Assembly (NCBI GenBank): GCA_044225365.1
Contig: JBGAIQ010000030.1
Location: 1-61,242 of the forward strand
Source: Planctomycetota bacterium
GTDB taxonomy: Bacteria > Planctomycetota > B15-G4 > JADJEK01
Reading direction: 5' to 3'
Length of the DNA: 61,242 nt
In this document: piece after piece, positions 9,482-18,500 of the stretch
Position numbering within the stretch: the stretch's first letter is position 1
How the letters are laid out: the number at the start of each line of letters is the position of its first letter
Program-made: the position numbers and the translations under genes
The notes under the pieces: model-generated
Seen by the model: the letters and a program-made list of their open reading frames with translations, nothing else
What the model was told of the DNA's origin: nothing
The model's database searches: none

Positions 9482-10663
9482 TCAGAAGACGTGCGAGATC
9501 GTCGTGCTGCCCGAACACGTTCCGACGTCGACCGCCTGGAAGCGGAACGGGAAGCCCTGAGCGCTCGCCGGGACGAAGAGGCGAAGGCTCAGATTGCCCG
9601 ACTCGTCGCACGGCGCGATCCGCAAGACGATCGGGTCGAGCATGCCGAGGACGAGACCGGGACATCCCGGGACGGGGACGTTGCCCGGAACGGCTCCGGC
9701 GAGGAGCGCCGCGAACGCTCCGGGCCGCGCGCCTTCGAGCGAGAAGAGCACATCGTGATCGATGCCGGGAGGTGTTGGCACGTCCTGCGTGACCGTGGTC
9801 ACGTTCTTCGCGAGCAGGATGAACATCGGTCCGTTGAGGCCGCCCGTTCCGGGCGGGAACAGTGTGGACAGCAACTGGCCGGACTTGCCGTCGTAACGCC
9901 GCACGTCGTTCCCGCCCTGATTCGCGACCAGGAGATTCCCATCGAGCTCGAAGCACATGCCGAGCGGTGCGGAGAGCGCCGTGTCGGTGACGAACGCATC
10001 GGCGAAAGCGCCGCTCGTCGCGTTGAACCGTACGACCTTGTTCACGGGCGCGAAGGCGTTCGTGACGTAGAGCCGGCCGTCGGGCCCGAATTCGAGGTCG
10101 TGAGGTCCCTGCAGTTTGTTGCTCGCGATGAAGGCGCCGAGATAAGCTCCGTTCGCGCCGTCGTAGCGGAGGATGCGATTGTTCAGCACGCTGCACACGT
10201 AGAGGTTGCCATCGGGCCCGAAGGCGATGCCGTTCGGCCCCTTGAGATCCGGCGAGGACGCGACGATCCCCGTGAACGCTCCGCTTCCACCGTCGAATCG
10301 GAGGACCTGATTCGTGTTCGCGCTCGTGACCCAAAGCGCGCCGTCCGGTGCGAACGAGAGGTGACGAAGTCCCGAGAGTCCGGCGCCCGAACAAAAGACG
10401 CCGAGACTCGCGCCGGTCGCAGGGTCGTAGCGCAGCACCTGGTTCGTGTCCGCGCTCGCCACGTAGAGCATCGAATCCGGGCCGAGGGTGATGCCGACCG
10501 GATTGTCGAGACCGCCGCCTGTCGCCGCGAATCCGACGAACGCGCCGGAAGCGTCGTAGCGCAGCACGTCGTCCGTGAAACGACTCGCGACGAGGAGGTC
10601 TCCCGCGAACGCGGAAGACGACGAGACTGCGAAGGAGAGGACGAGGAACGTGCGGAGCGACAT
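9482..10663 (-). CDS. Secreted NHL/Vgb-like beta-propeller protein with a C-terminal beta domain
   Basis: Signal peptide AFA-G; repeated P.GI.FGPDG.LYV......VLRYD blades. Confidence 0.88.
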   Translation of the reverse strand: MSLRTFLVLSFAVSSSSAFAGDLLVASRFTDDVLRYDASGAFVGFAATGGGLDNPVGITLGPDSMLYVASADTNQVLRYDPATGASLGVFCSGAGLSGLRHLSFAPDGALWVTSANTNQVLRFDGGSGAFTGIVASSPDLKGPNGIAFGPDGNLYVCSVLNNRILRYDGANGAYLGAFIASNKLQGPHDLEFGPDGRLYVTNAFAPVNKVVRFNATSGAFADAFVTDTALSAPLGMCFELDGNLLVANQGGNDVRRYDGKSGQLLSTLFPPGTGGLNGPMFILLAKNVTTVTQDVPTPPGIDHDVLFSLEGARPGAFAALLAGAVPGNVPVPGCPGLVLGMLDPIVLRIAPCDESGNLSLRLFVPASAQGFPFRFQAVDVGTCSGSTTISHVF

Positions 10664-10735
10664 CGAGGGACTCCCGGGCGGCGGCGAGAGTCGAACCGAT
10701 CCGCGGCGTTCGAACCCGCCGTTAGGGACGAACGG

Positions 10736-11482
10736 TCATGCCCCTGGGATCGAAGGCGACGCGGGCGGAGAATCGTCTTCGCCGCGCAATCGGTCGCGTA
10801 CGTTCCGGAGATGACGGCGTCCGATCGGGATGATCGTCCCGTCGCCGAGGATCGCGCGCGCCACGCTTCCCTCGCTCGTCACCGACCGGATCGCGAACAA
10901 CCGAACGAGCGAACGACGATGCGTTCGCACGAAACCGAGCCTCGAGAGTCGCTGCTCCATCGCGTCGAGCGTCTCGCGGACGAGCCACTCCTCCGCACCG
11001 CGATGGATCTTCACGTAGTTGGCCGCGGCCTCGATCCAATCGATCTCGCTCACATCGAGGAACGCTTCCTCGTCGCCGCGTCGACACGCGACGCGCGCGG
11101 GGATTCGCGGCGAACGCCGCCTCTCTCGGACCCGGGCGATCGACCGCGCGACCTGTTCGAGACCGATGGGCTTCAATAGGAAGTCGACCGCGTCGACTCC
11201 GAATGCGTCGACGGCATAGCGGTCGAACGCCGTTACGAAGACGACGCACGGCGGGTTCTGGATCGCGAGCGCGCGTGCAATCTCGATACCCGAGCGCTCC
11301 GGCATGCGAATGTCGAGGAAGACGACATCGATCGCCGAGGTCGCCTCCAACGCGGCGAGCAGCGACGCCCCCTCTGCGAATTCGCCGGCGATCCGCACGC
11401 CGCCGAGTCGGATGAGCAGCGATCGCAGGCGGCGGCGCGCCGGTGCTTCGTCGTCGGCGAGGAGGGCCACGAGTTCGTGCAT
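10736..11482 (-). CDS. LytTR-family response regulator
   Basis: ADDE, FLDIRMP, FVTAFD.YA, FLLKP receiver motifs; WIEAAANYV.IH and FVRTHRR LytTR domain. Confidence 0.93.
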   Translation of the reverse strand: MHELVALLADDEAPARRRLRSLLIRLGGVRIAGEFAEGASLLAALEATSAIDVVFLDIRMPERSGIEIARALAIQNPPCVVFVTAFDRYAVDAFGVDAVDFLLKPIGLEQVARSIARVRERRRSPRIPARVACRRGDEEAFLDVSEIDWIEAAANYVKIHRGAEEWLVRETLDAMEQRLSRLGFVRTHRRSLVRLFAIRSVTSEGSVARAILGDGTIIPIGRRHLRNVRDRLRGEDDSPPASPSIPGA

Positions 11483-12582
11483 CAGCGCGCCCGCCGAGTA
11501 TGGGGGATTCGCGACGCCGGCAGATCGATGCGGACGAGCGTCGAGCCGAGCTCGTCGTCCATCGTCACGATGCATTCTGCGTCGCCGTAGAGCAGGGTGA
11601 GGCGCTCGCGCGTGCTCGAGAGTCCGAACCCGTGATTCCCATCGTCCGAAGTACGTGCGGGCCACTTGCTCGCCGTGTTCTCCACCTCGAGTTCCAGTCG
11701 CGCGCCGCGATGTCTCGCGCGGATCGTCACGTCGCCCTCCTCCCAGTCCTTCGTCCCGTGCTTCGTCCCGTGCTTGAGGGCGTTCTCGACGATCGGCTGG
11801 AGGAGTAGCACGGGGACCTGGAGATCGAGCGCCGATTCATCCACGCTCGTCGTGACTCGCAGGCGATCCATGAACCTCGCGCGCTGGATCCGCAGGTAGC
11901 GATCGAGGAGGGCCATCTCGTCGCGGAGCGTGACCTCGTGCTCACCATCGCGACGGAGCGCGGCGCGCAGGAGGTCTCCGAGGTCGAGCACGGCGCGCTC
12001 GGCGGCCTCGGGATCGTGCGTCACGAGATCGGCGATCGTGTTCAGCGCGTTGAAGAGGAAGTGCGGGCGAAGCTGGGACGCGAGGGCCGCGAGTCGAGTC
12101 TCCGCGAGCGAGCGAGTCAGCGCGTCCGCGCGACGTGAGGCTCGCCACGCGTGCCATCCGCCGAGGAACGCGAAGTAGACGAGGACGTTGGAAGCGAACT
12201 TGGCGGCGAATCCGGTGCGGATCTCCGCGGCGAACGAATCGTCGCCGTATCGCCATCTCCGAACGAGCGTCGAGAACGCCGCGAAACACGCGATTTGAAC
12301 GCAGGCGCAGAGCGCAGCGCCGAGGCCATGGATCGAGAGCGCTCGAGGGAAGGAGCGCTTCGTGAACGGGATCGAACGCGCGAGATGGAGCGCGAGCGGG
12401 AGCAGGGGCGCGAAGAGGAACCAGTCGACGAGTCCGGTGACGACGGCGTCCGCGATCGGGATCGGGTGGCCGAGCGCCGAGTACGTCACGAGCATGCGCG
12501 CGGCGGAGAGCAGCCCGAGAAGGGAGAGCCCGACGGCCGTGGCGCGCGAGTCGAGATCGAAGCTCGAAGCGTTTTCTTGCAT
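11482..12582 (-). CDS. LytS-type membrane sensor histidine kinase
   Basis: N-terminal TM helices; QLRPHFLFNALN H-box; LQPIVENALKHG; G.GFGL...RERL; TGATG overlap with the regulator. Confidence 0.93.
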   Translation of the reverse strand: MQENASSFDLDSRATAVGLSLLGLLSAARMLVTYSALGHPIPIADAVVTGLVDWFLFAPLLPLALHLARSIPFTKRSFPRALSIHGLGAALCACVQIACFAAFSTLVRRWRYGDDSFAAEIRTGFAAKFASNVLVYFAFLGGWHAWRASRRADALTRSLAETRLAALASQLRPHFLFNALNTIADLVTHDPEAAERAVLDLGDLLRAALRRDGEHEVTLRDEMALLDRYLRIQRARFMDRLRVTTSVDESALDLQVPVLLLQPIVENALKHGTKHGTKDWEEGDVTIRARHRGARLELEVENTASKWPARTSDDGNHGFGLSSTRERLTLLYGDAECIVTMDDELGSTLVRIDLPASRIPHTRRAR

Positions 12583-12768
12583 CGGTCCGAGTTCCTCGTC
12601 ACCAAACTTCGCCCACGACAGGGGCGCATTGGCCTTTCGAACGGTCCTCTAGTCGAACCCACCGGAGTGGTGACGGGGTTCGCCGCGCGTCGACGGCGCA
12701 TCGCTATGCTCTTGCGTTCTCAACGTCGGCCAGGGCCCTCGTGTGAGCCGCAGGAGCCGTTTTCGTTC

Positions 12769-13731
12769 ATGTCGTTCGTCGCGTTGATCGCATTCGCGCC
12801 CGGCGTCCTCGTCGCGGTCGCGACCGTCGTGAAGCTCCGTGAGGTGAGGATCGCGAGTCGCTATCGCGCCACCCGGGGAGTGGTCGTGAGTTCGGGGATC
12901 GAGTCGCGACGGCGCGTCGGATTGAACGAGAAGCCGATGGTCGAGAACTTCCCGAAGATCGTCTTCGAGTACGAGGTCGGCCAGCGGAAGTACAAAGGAC
13001 AGCGCATCTCGGTGGCCGAGGAGAAGGGCAACTTCCTCGTCGAGTCGACGCTCGAAAGATATCCGGTCGGCCGCGAGGTGACGGTCTACTACGACGCCAT
13101 GAGTCCCGGCATCAGCGTGCTCGAGCGCGATCTGCCGCCGGAGTTCTGGAAGGGGATGTGGATCTGCTTCGGGCTGTTCTTCGGCGTTCCCGCCTTCTTC
13201 GTCCTCGAGTACTCGTCGATCCCTCGTCACATCGCTGCGCTACTTCCTCATCCCGAGCGCGCCGGCGCCGTGACCCTCGCCTGCACCGTGACGCTCGTGT
13301 TCGGGATGTTCGCTGCCGCCTTCTTTCGACAAGTCGCTGCGGAGCGGCGTTATCTTCCGGCGAAGGGCCGCATCGTCGGCTCCACGACGCGCGAGTTCCA
13401 ACTCGTCGATTCGAGCGACCTGCAGCGAACGCGCAGACGTTTCCGGGCCGACATCGAATACTCGTACCGGGTGGGTGAGCGCGAGTACCGCGGCAACACG
13501 CGACACTCGAACGTCGATGTCGTGGCGGGGGCGGCCTCTTCTTTCTCGCGACTCCTTCGGAAGTACGAAGAGGGTCGCGAGGTGACGATCTACTACGACC
13601 CGCTTGAACCGTCGGTGAGCGTGCTCGAACGGACGTCCGTCGCGGCGGTCGTTGCGTCGTTGTTCACGTTGTCGGGGATCGCGTGGATCCTCTACTCGCT
13701 CGGAGTGCTCCCCGCGTTCGGCGGTAGGTGA
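12769..13731 (+). CDS. Membrane protein with two DUF3592 domains
   Basis: Two copies of G.V..S...P.I.YEY.VG...Y.G...Y..GREVT.YYD...P..SVLER separated by TM helices. Confidence 0.85.
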   Translation: MSFVALIAFAPGVLVAVATVVKLREVRIASRYRATRGVVVSSGIESRRRVGLNEKPMVENFPKIVFEYEVGQRKYKGQRISVAEEKGNFLVESTLERYPVGREVTVYYDAMSPGISVLERDLPPEFWKGMWICFGLFFGVPAFFVLEYSSIPRHIAALLPHPERAGAVTLACTVTLVFGMFAAAFFRQVAAERRYLPAKGRIVGSTTREFQLVDSSDLQRTRRRFRADIEYSYRVGEREYRGNTRHSNVDVVAGAASSFSRLLRKYEEGREVTIYYDPLEPSVSVLERTSVAAVVASLFTLSGIAWILYSLGVLPAFGGR

Positions 13732-13743
13732 ACCTGCCGCAGG

Positions 13744-14247
13744 TCAACCCGGGTCCTTCTTCGGCGGCGTCGACGACGCGGGCGTCGCGCCGGCTTCCTT
13801 CTTCTCGAGCGCGTCCTCGTCGAGCACCGGTCGCGCGGCGGTGGGGGTGACGGTGATCGTCGACGGCTGGATCGCCATCGAGCCATCTTTCTGCTTCACG
13901 TAGAACGGGATGTTCTTGAACACCTGCGAGCCGTCCGGACGGATCTCGTCGGGCGTGCGGCCCGTGAGATACGACTGCACGTTCTGCGGAAGCACTCCCT
14001 GCGGTGGAACCTTGCCGGTCTCGTTCGCGGGCGGGACCGTGGATGTCGATGGAGGCGGCGTCGCTTTGTCGGTCGGCGGAGGATCGGACGTCAACGAAGG
14101 TGCCGCGGGCGTGGGAGCGGAGTCCGGCGCGCTCGGAGTCGCGCGCCGGACTTCGGCGACGGAGTCACCGCGATACCAGAACAACGCGCCCCCGAGCATC
14201 GCGAGCAGGACGATCGCGCTGAGGATGAGCGTGGGGCTTCGATTCAT
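13744..14247 (-). CDS. Hypothetical membrane-anchored Pro/Thr-rich protein
   Basis: GAGGAG SD; N-terminal TM; Pro-rich linker; directly downstream of the 14270-15433 gene. Confidence 0.75.
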   Translation of the reverse strand: MNRSPTLILSAIVLLAMLGGALFWYRGDSVAEVRRATPSAPDSAPTPAAPSLTSDPPPTDKATPPPSTSTVPPANETGKVPPQGVLPQNVQSYLTGRTPDEIRPDGSQVFKNIPFYVKQKDGSMAIQPSTITVTPTAARPVLDEDALEKKEAGATPASSTPPKKDPG

Positions 14248-14269
14248 GGGACTCCTCGCGGACTCGCGG

Positions 14270-15433
14270 TCAGAGCGTCATCTTGCACATCGACGAGAAG
14301 ACCTTGGGCCCGCTCGCCGGTTGCAGGAGCGCCTGCGCGTAGATCGAAACGCCGGTCGGCCACGTGGCGTCGCCCGGATACGAGCCGAACTGCACCTGGC
14401 TCGTGGTCGACGGCTGACTCGCCGGCGCGGCCGTCGTGTTCTTCGTCTCGACGATGAAGAAGAGCGGACTCGGATTGATGCACAGCACGCCCTGGACGCC
14501 GCCGACGTGGAGCGGAGTCGCGAGCGGCGCGAAGCCGATGAGCAGCGTGCACGGCGTGCCGACGGGCGCCGTGAAGCGCGCGCGGAATCCGATGTTGTCC
14601 GGTCCGCCCGGGCGCTGTTCCCAGGGCCAGAGGCCCGCGTACCCGAAGTTCGGATTCGCTCCATTCGGTCCCGCGAGGGTCGTGGAATTGCCGGTGAAGA
14701 CCTGATTGTTGTGCGCGGACGGCTGAAGGACGGCATTCGTCCAGCGCGTCGCGTGATACCAGGCGCGATTCGCTGTTCCGAGCGAGGGGGCGGTGAGGAG
14801 CGTGAGGTCCGCCTGCCAGCCGAGACCGGCTGCGCCGACCGTGCCGGTGTAGCCGACGGCGGTTGGATTCATCTGTTCGCCGGGGCTCACGGGCGCGGTC
14901 GTGGTGGTGCCGCTCGCGCCGGTCGAGATGCCGTCGAGCGTCGGCCAGTTCGGCGCCGGGCCGAAGGCGACGCCGACGTAGACGTCGTTCGCGGGAACGC
15001 TGACCGTCGGAGTCGAGGGAATCGGGATCGGGGCGCCGTAGGTGATCTGGATGATCACGGCCGAGCCGACGCCTGTCGTCGGGGTTGGGAACGTGAGCGG
15101 GATCGGGCCCGAGGTGCCGATGAGACCCGCGGCTGACATGTCGGGCGATCCGGTCGCCGGTCCCGCCGGGTTGTTTCCGCGCAGTTCGAGCGTGAAGGTC
15201 TCAGGAGTGTTGAAGTCCTGGTCCTGCAGGAACACGAACGAATCGGTGAGCGCTTGTGCACCGCAGATCTGATCGGCGGGCAGGCGCTGGAGCAGGGTCT
15301 TCGCGTTCACGGAGTTGCTGCCGCGCGAAACGAATTCGAGAGTTCCGTCGAAGTGGTGCATTTCGTTCTGGGCGAACGCGGCGGTCGCGCTCGCAGCCAG
15401 GAACCCGGCAGAGATCAGGATCAGTCTTCGCAT
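14270..15433 (-). CDS. Hypothetical secreted protein with a C-terminal beta domain
   Basis: AAGGAG SD; signal peptide MRRLILISAGFLAASATAAFA-Q; G/T/P-rich beta-type sequence. Confidence 0.82.
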   Translation of the reverse strand: MRRLILISAGFLAASATAAFAQNEMHHFDGTLEFVSRGSNSVNAKTLLQRLPADQICGAQALTDSFVFLQDQDFNTPETFTLELRGNNPAGPATGSPDMSAAGLIGTSGPIPLTFPTPTTGVGSAVIIQITYGAPIPIPSTPTVSVPANDVYVGVAFGPAPNWPTLDGISTGASGTTTTAPVSPGEQMNPTAVGYTGTVGAAGLGWQADLTLLTAPSLGTANRAWYHATRWTNAVLQPSAHNNQVFTGNSTTLAGPNGANPNFGYAGLWPWEQRPGGPDNIGFRARFTAPVGTPCTLLIGFAPLATPLHVGGVQGVLCINPSPLFFIVETKNTTAAPASQPSTTSQVQFGSYPGDATWPTGVSIYAQALLQPASGPKVFSSMCKMTL

Positions 15434-15815
15434 CGTCGACTCCTTCACGGACACTTGAGGTGAGACCGAAGCCTTGCGCGGCGCGCAAGATCATCACAGC
15501 CAGAACACCACGCGAATCGCGCGTCGAGGAGAGGTGGAGTTCGCGAGACCTTTCGAAGGGCGCGGCGGTCGATTGCGACGCCCGTGCGACACTCATGCCA
15601 AGCCATTCCGAGATTCGCGTGTCGGGGAGTCGATGAACACCCAGGGCCATCCCCAGCCAGGATCTGCGTGTCCACCGAACGCGGGTGTAATCTACTCGAA
15701 CGGCCGGCGAATCGTTGTGGGGAAACGGGCGCCGCGTGTCCCCTCGTTCGTCAGGCGACCGTTTCGGCGATGGGAGAAGGCCGCCGCGCTTCCGCTTCTC
15801 GATGGAGGATCGAAG

Positions 15816-18476
15816 ATGATTCGATGTGCGAGATTGCCGATCGTCATTTCGCTCACCGCCGCGACCCTGGCGTCCGAACGCTCGTTCGCACAGCAATCCG
15901 CGCAGTTCCTCGACGCGCCGGTGCTCGCCGTGCCGTCCTACCAGGAGCGGATGAACGCGTTGTGCGACATCGACGGCGACGGTTGGATCGACGCTGTCGG
16001 TGCGTTCGTACCGACGAACGACACCGCGCGCTTCAGTGCGTTCAGGAACGACGCGACCGGACGCCTCGCCCCGCTGTGGCACGTCGACTTCCTGCAGTAC
16101 GCGGAGCCGACGATGCCGTTCCCCGTGGCTGCGGGCGACTTCGACGGCGATGGAAAGCCCGACTTCGCCGTGGCGCTGCGGGACGAATTGCGGATCTACA
16201 AGGGAAACGGCGCGAGCGCGCCGACGCAGAAGAACTACTTCGTACTCGGCAGCGGCATGGAGGCTGCGGATCTGCAGATCGGCGACTACGACGGCGATGG
16301 TCGGCTGGATGTCGCCGTCCGACTCTACGGTCTGTTCGGCGCCGACCCGGGTCTCACGATCTTCAACAAGCTCTCGACGGCGACCCCGGGCTCGAGCGTT
16401 CACACCGCGTTGCCGACCGGCACGGGTCGCGAGTTGCGGAACATCGACATCGACGCGAACGGCGTGATGGATCTCATGTGCGTCGGCGACACGCGCGTCG
16501 ACTTCGTGAAGCTGAACGGATCGCAGATCCAGGTTGCCGGCAGCTACGCGCACGGACTCACGAACCAACCGATGGGCGCGGCGGGGGACGTCGATGGCGA
16601 CGGCGACGTCGACGTCGCGGTGTGGGGCATGTCCGGCAACTACCGCGTGCTGCGACGCACGGGCAGCGCGACGTTCGCGTTCGGACCCATCGGCACGGGT
16701 GGGCCGGCGACCGACCTCGCCGACGTCGACAACGATGGAGATCTCGACGGCGTGTGTTGTGGTGGAGGCGGCGGACCGACGACCTTCACGAACAGCGCGC
16801 CGAGCTGGTTCGAGATCGCGAAGAACGACGGCACGGGATCGTTCGCTCCCTCGTTCAAGTTGCCTTCGATGGGCGCGAACCACATCGCGGGCGTCGCGGA
16901 CGTCGATCACGACGGCGATCCCGACCTCGTCGCGGGTCGTATCGTCTACTACAACGTCCACGGCATCGAACCCGCGAAGTGGTCGACGACGACGGCCTTT
17001 CCCACCTACGACAACGTCGTCGACGTCGATGGTGACGGCGACTTCGACGTGGCGCCGTCGCTCCTCGGTTTCGAGCGCAACGATGGTGCGGGCGCCTTCA
17101 CGGCCGTTTCGCGCATGGTCCCGCTTCCTCCCGCGGGCAGCACATTCGGCACTCCCGTCTTCGCGGGAGACTACGACGGCGATGGCGACAGCGATCTCAT
17201 CGTGACCGAATCCGTGAATGGGGTCGCGACGAATCAGCGATTGCTCATCGGCAACGGCGGCGGTGGCTTGAACGACGCCGGACCCGTCACGGCCCCCGGA
17301 GTGCTCTTCGCCTCGGGGCCGAACACGTTCGCGAAGGCGTTTCCCTGCGATGTCGACGGGGACGGTCAGATCGACGTCGTCGTGTCCTCGATGAAGACGA
17401 GCGGCTTCGCCACGCTCGAGACGCGGGTCTTCCAGCGAGACTCCTCGGGGCAACTCGCGCTGCAGTCGACGATCCCTGGAGAGTTCGTGCAATCGGTGTG
17501 GGACATCGACGGCGATGGCCGTGGCGATCTGGTCGTCGTGAAGGACACCGACGTCGGAATCCGGTTCGGCGATGCGAACACGCCGTTCGCGACGTTCACG
17601 GGCCTCGCGACAGGGAGCATCTCGAACCTCTATCCGCCGGGCGAAGTTCCGTGTGTCGCCGATCTCGATGGCGACGGCGATCTCGATCTCGTCTTCGCGA
17701 TCGCGGCTCCAGCGCCCGACCAGAATCTCACGATGCCGCGGCTCTGCGAGAACGTGGGCGGTCGGCAGTTCGTCGCGCACGACGATCTCGATCCGACCTA
17801 CCGTGGCGCGCTGAGTCCGGCGCTCGCGGGCGACATCAACGGCGACGGAGCGATCGATCTATTGCTCGGGCAGCGCGAGATCCCGGGCCTCGTCGCCGCA
17901 ATGCAGTCGTCGTCGGTCTTCCTCGGCTCCAATGCGCCCGGTCTCGATTTCACCTACCAGGGCGAGCAGTGGCCGATCGTGTATTCGCTCACCGATCTCG
18001 ACGGAGACGGCGACCTCGACGCGCTCGGCGGCTATCTCACGCATTTCTTCAACCACCAGATCCTCCAGCCCGCGGGCGGGATCCGTCGCCAATATGGCGA
18101 AGCGACGGCCGGTGCGTTCGGGCAGAAGCCGACGATGGGGGCGAGCGGGAGCTTCCACGGCGGCATGTCCGCAGAGCTGCGAATGACCGGCGCCGCGGCG
18201 AACAATGGCGGACTGCTCCTCGTCGGCATCGACGATCAGGCGGCGAAGCTCGCCGCGACGGGCGGATTCGTCGTGACGCTGCCGATCGTGGTGACGGTGT
18301 CGCTCGTGTTGCCGGGGAAGCCGGGAGAGATCGGCAGTGGTGCGCTCACGATCCCCTACACCGTGCCGCTCGCGGCGGTCGGCGCGTCCTGGTTCCATCA
18401 GTTCCTCGTGCTCGACGCCGGTGCGAAGGGCGGTGCCGCGCTGTCGAACGGGCTCGAGATCTTCTACGCGCCCTGA
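15816..18476 (+). CDS. Secreted FG-GAP/VCBS repeat protein with a C-terminal beta domain
   Basis: GGAGG SD; signal peptide SFA-Q; many D(V/L/F)DGDG..D repeats; ends HQFLVLD...LSNGLEIFYAP. Confidence 0.9.
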   Translation: MIRCARLPIVISLTAATLASERSFAQQSAQFLDAPVLAVPSYQERMNALCDIDGDGWIDAVGAFVPTNDTARFSAFRNDATGRLAPLWHVDFLQYAEPTMPFPVAAGDFDGDGKPDFAVALRDELRIYKGNGASAPTQKNYFVLGSGMEAADLQIGDYDGDGRLDVAVRLYGLFGADPGLTIFNKLSTATPGSSVHTALPTGTGRELRNIDIDANGVMDLMCVGDTRVDFVKLNGSQIQVAGSYAHGLTNQPMGAAGDVDGDGDVDVAVWGMSGNYRVLRRTGSATFAFGPIGTGGPATDLADVDNDGDLDGVCCGGGGGPTTFTNSAPSWFEIAKNDGTGSFAPSFKLPSMGANHIAGVADVDHDGDPDLVAGRIVYYNVHGIEPAKWSTTTAFPTYDNVVDVDGDGDFDVAPSLLGFERNDGAGAFTAVSRMVPLPPAGSTFGTPVFAGDYDGDGDSDLIVTESVNGVATNQRLLIGNGGGGLNDAGPVTAPGVLFASGPNTFAKAFPCDVDGDGQIDVVVSSMKTSGFATLETRVFQRDSSGQLALQSTIPGEFVQSVWDIDGDGRGDLVVVKDTDVGIRFGDANTPFATFTGLATGSISNLYPPGEVPCVADLDGDGDLDLVFAIAAPAPDQNLTMPRLCENVGGRQFVAHDDLDPTYRGALSPALAGDINGDGAIDLLLGQREIPGLVAAMQSSSVFLGSNAPGLDFTYQGEQWPIVYSLTDLDGDGDLDALGGYLTHFFNHQILQPAGGIRRQYGEATAGAFGQKPTMGASGSFHGGMSAELRMTGAAANNGGLLLVGIDDQAAKLAATGGFVVTLPIVVTVSLVLPGKPGEIGSGALTIPYTVPLAAVGASWFHQFLVLDAGAKGGAALSNGLEIFYAP

Positions 18477-18500
18477 TGCTCCGAAGAACCCTTCGAAGCA

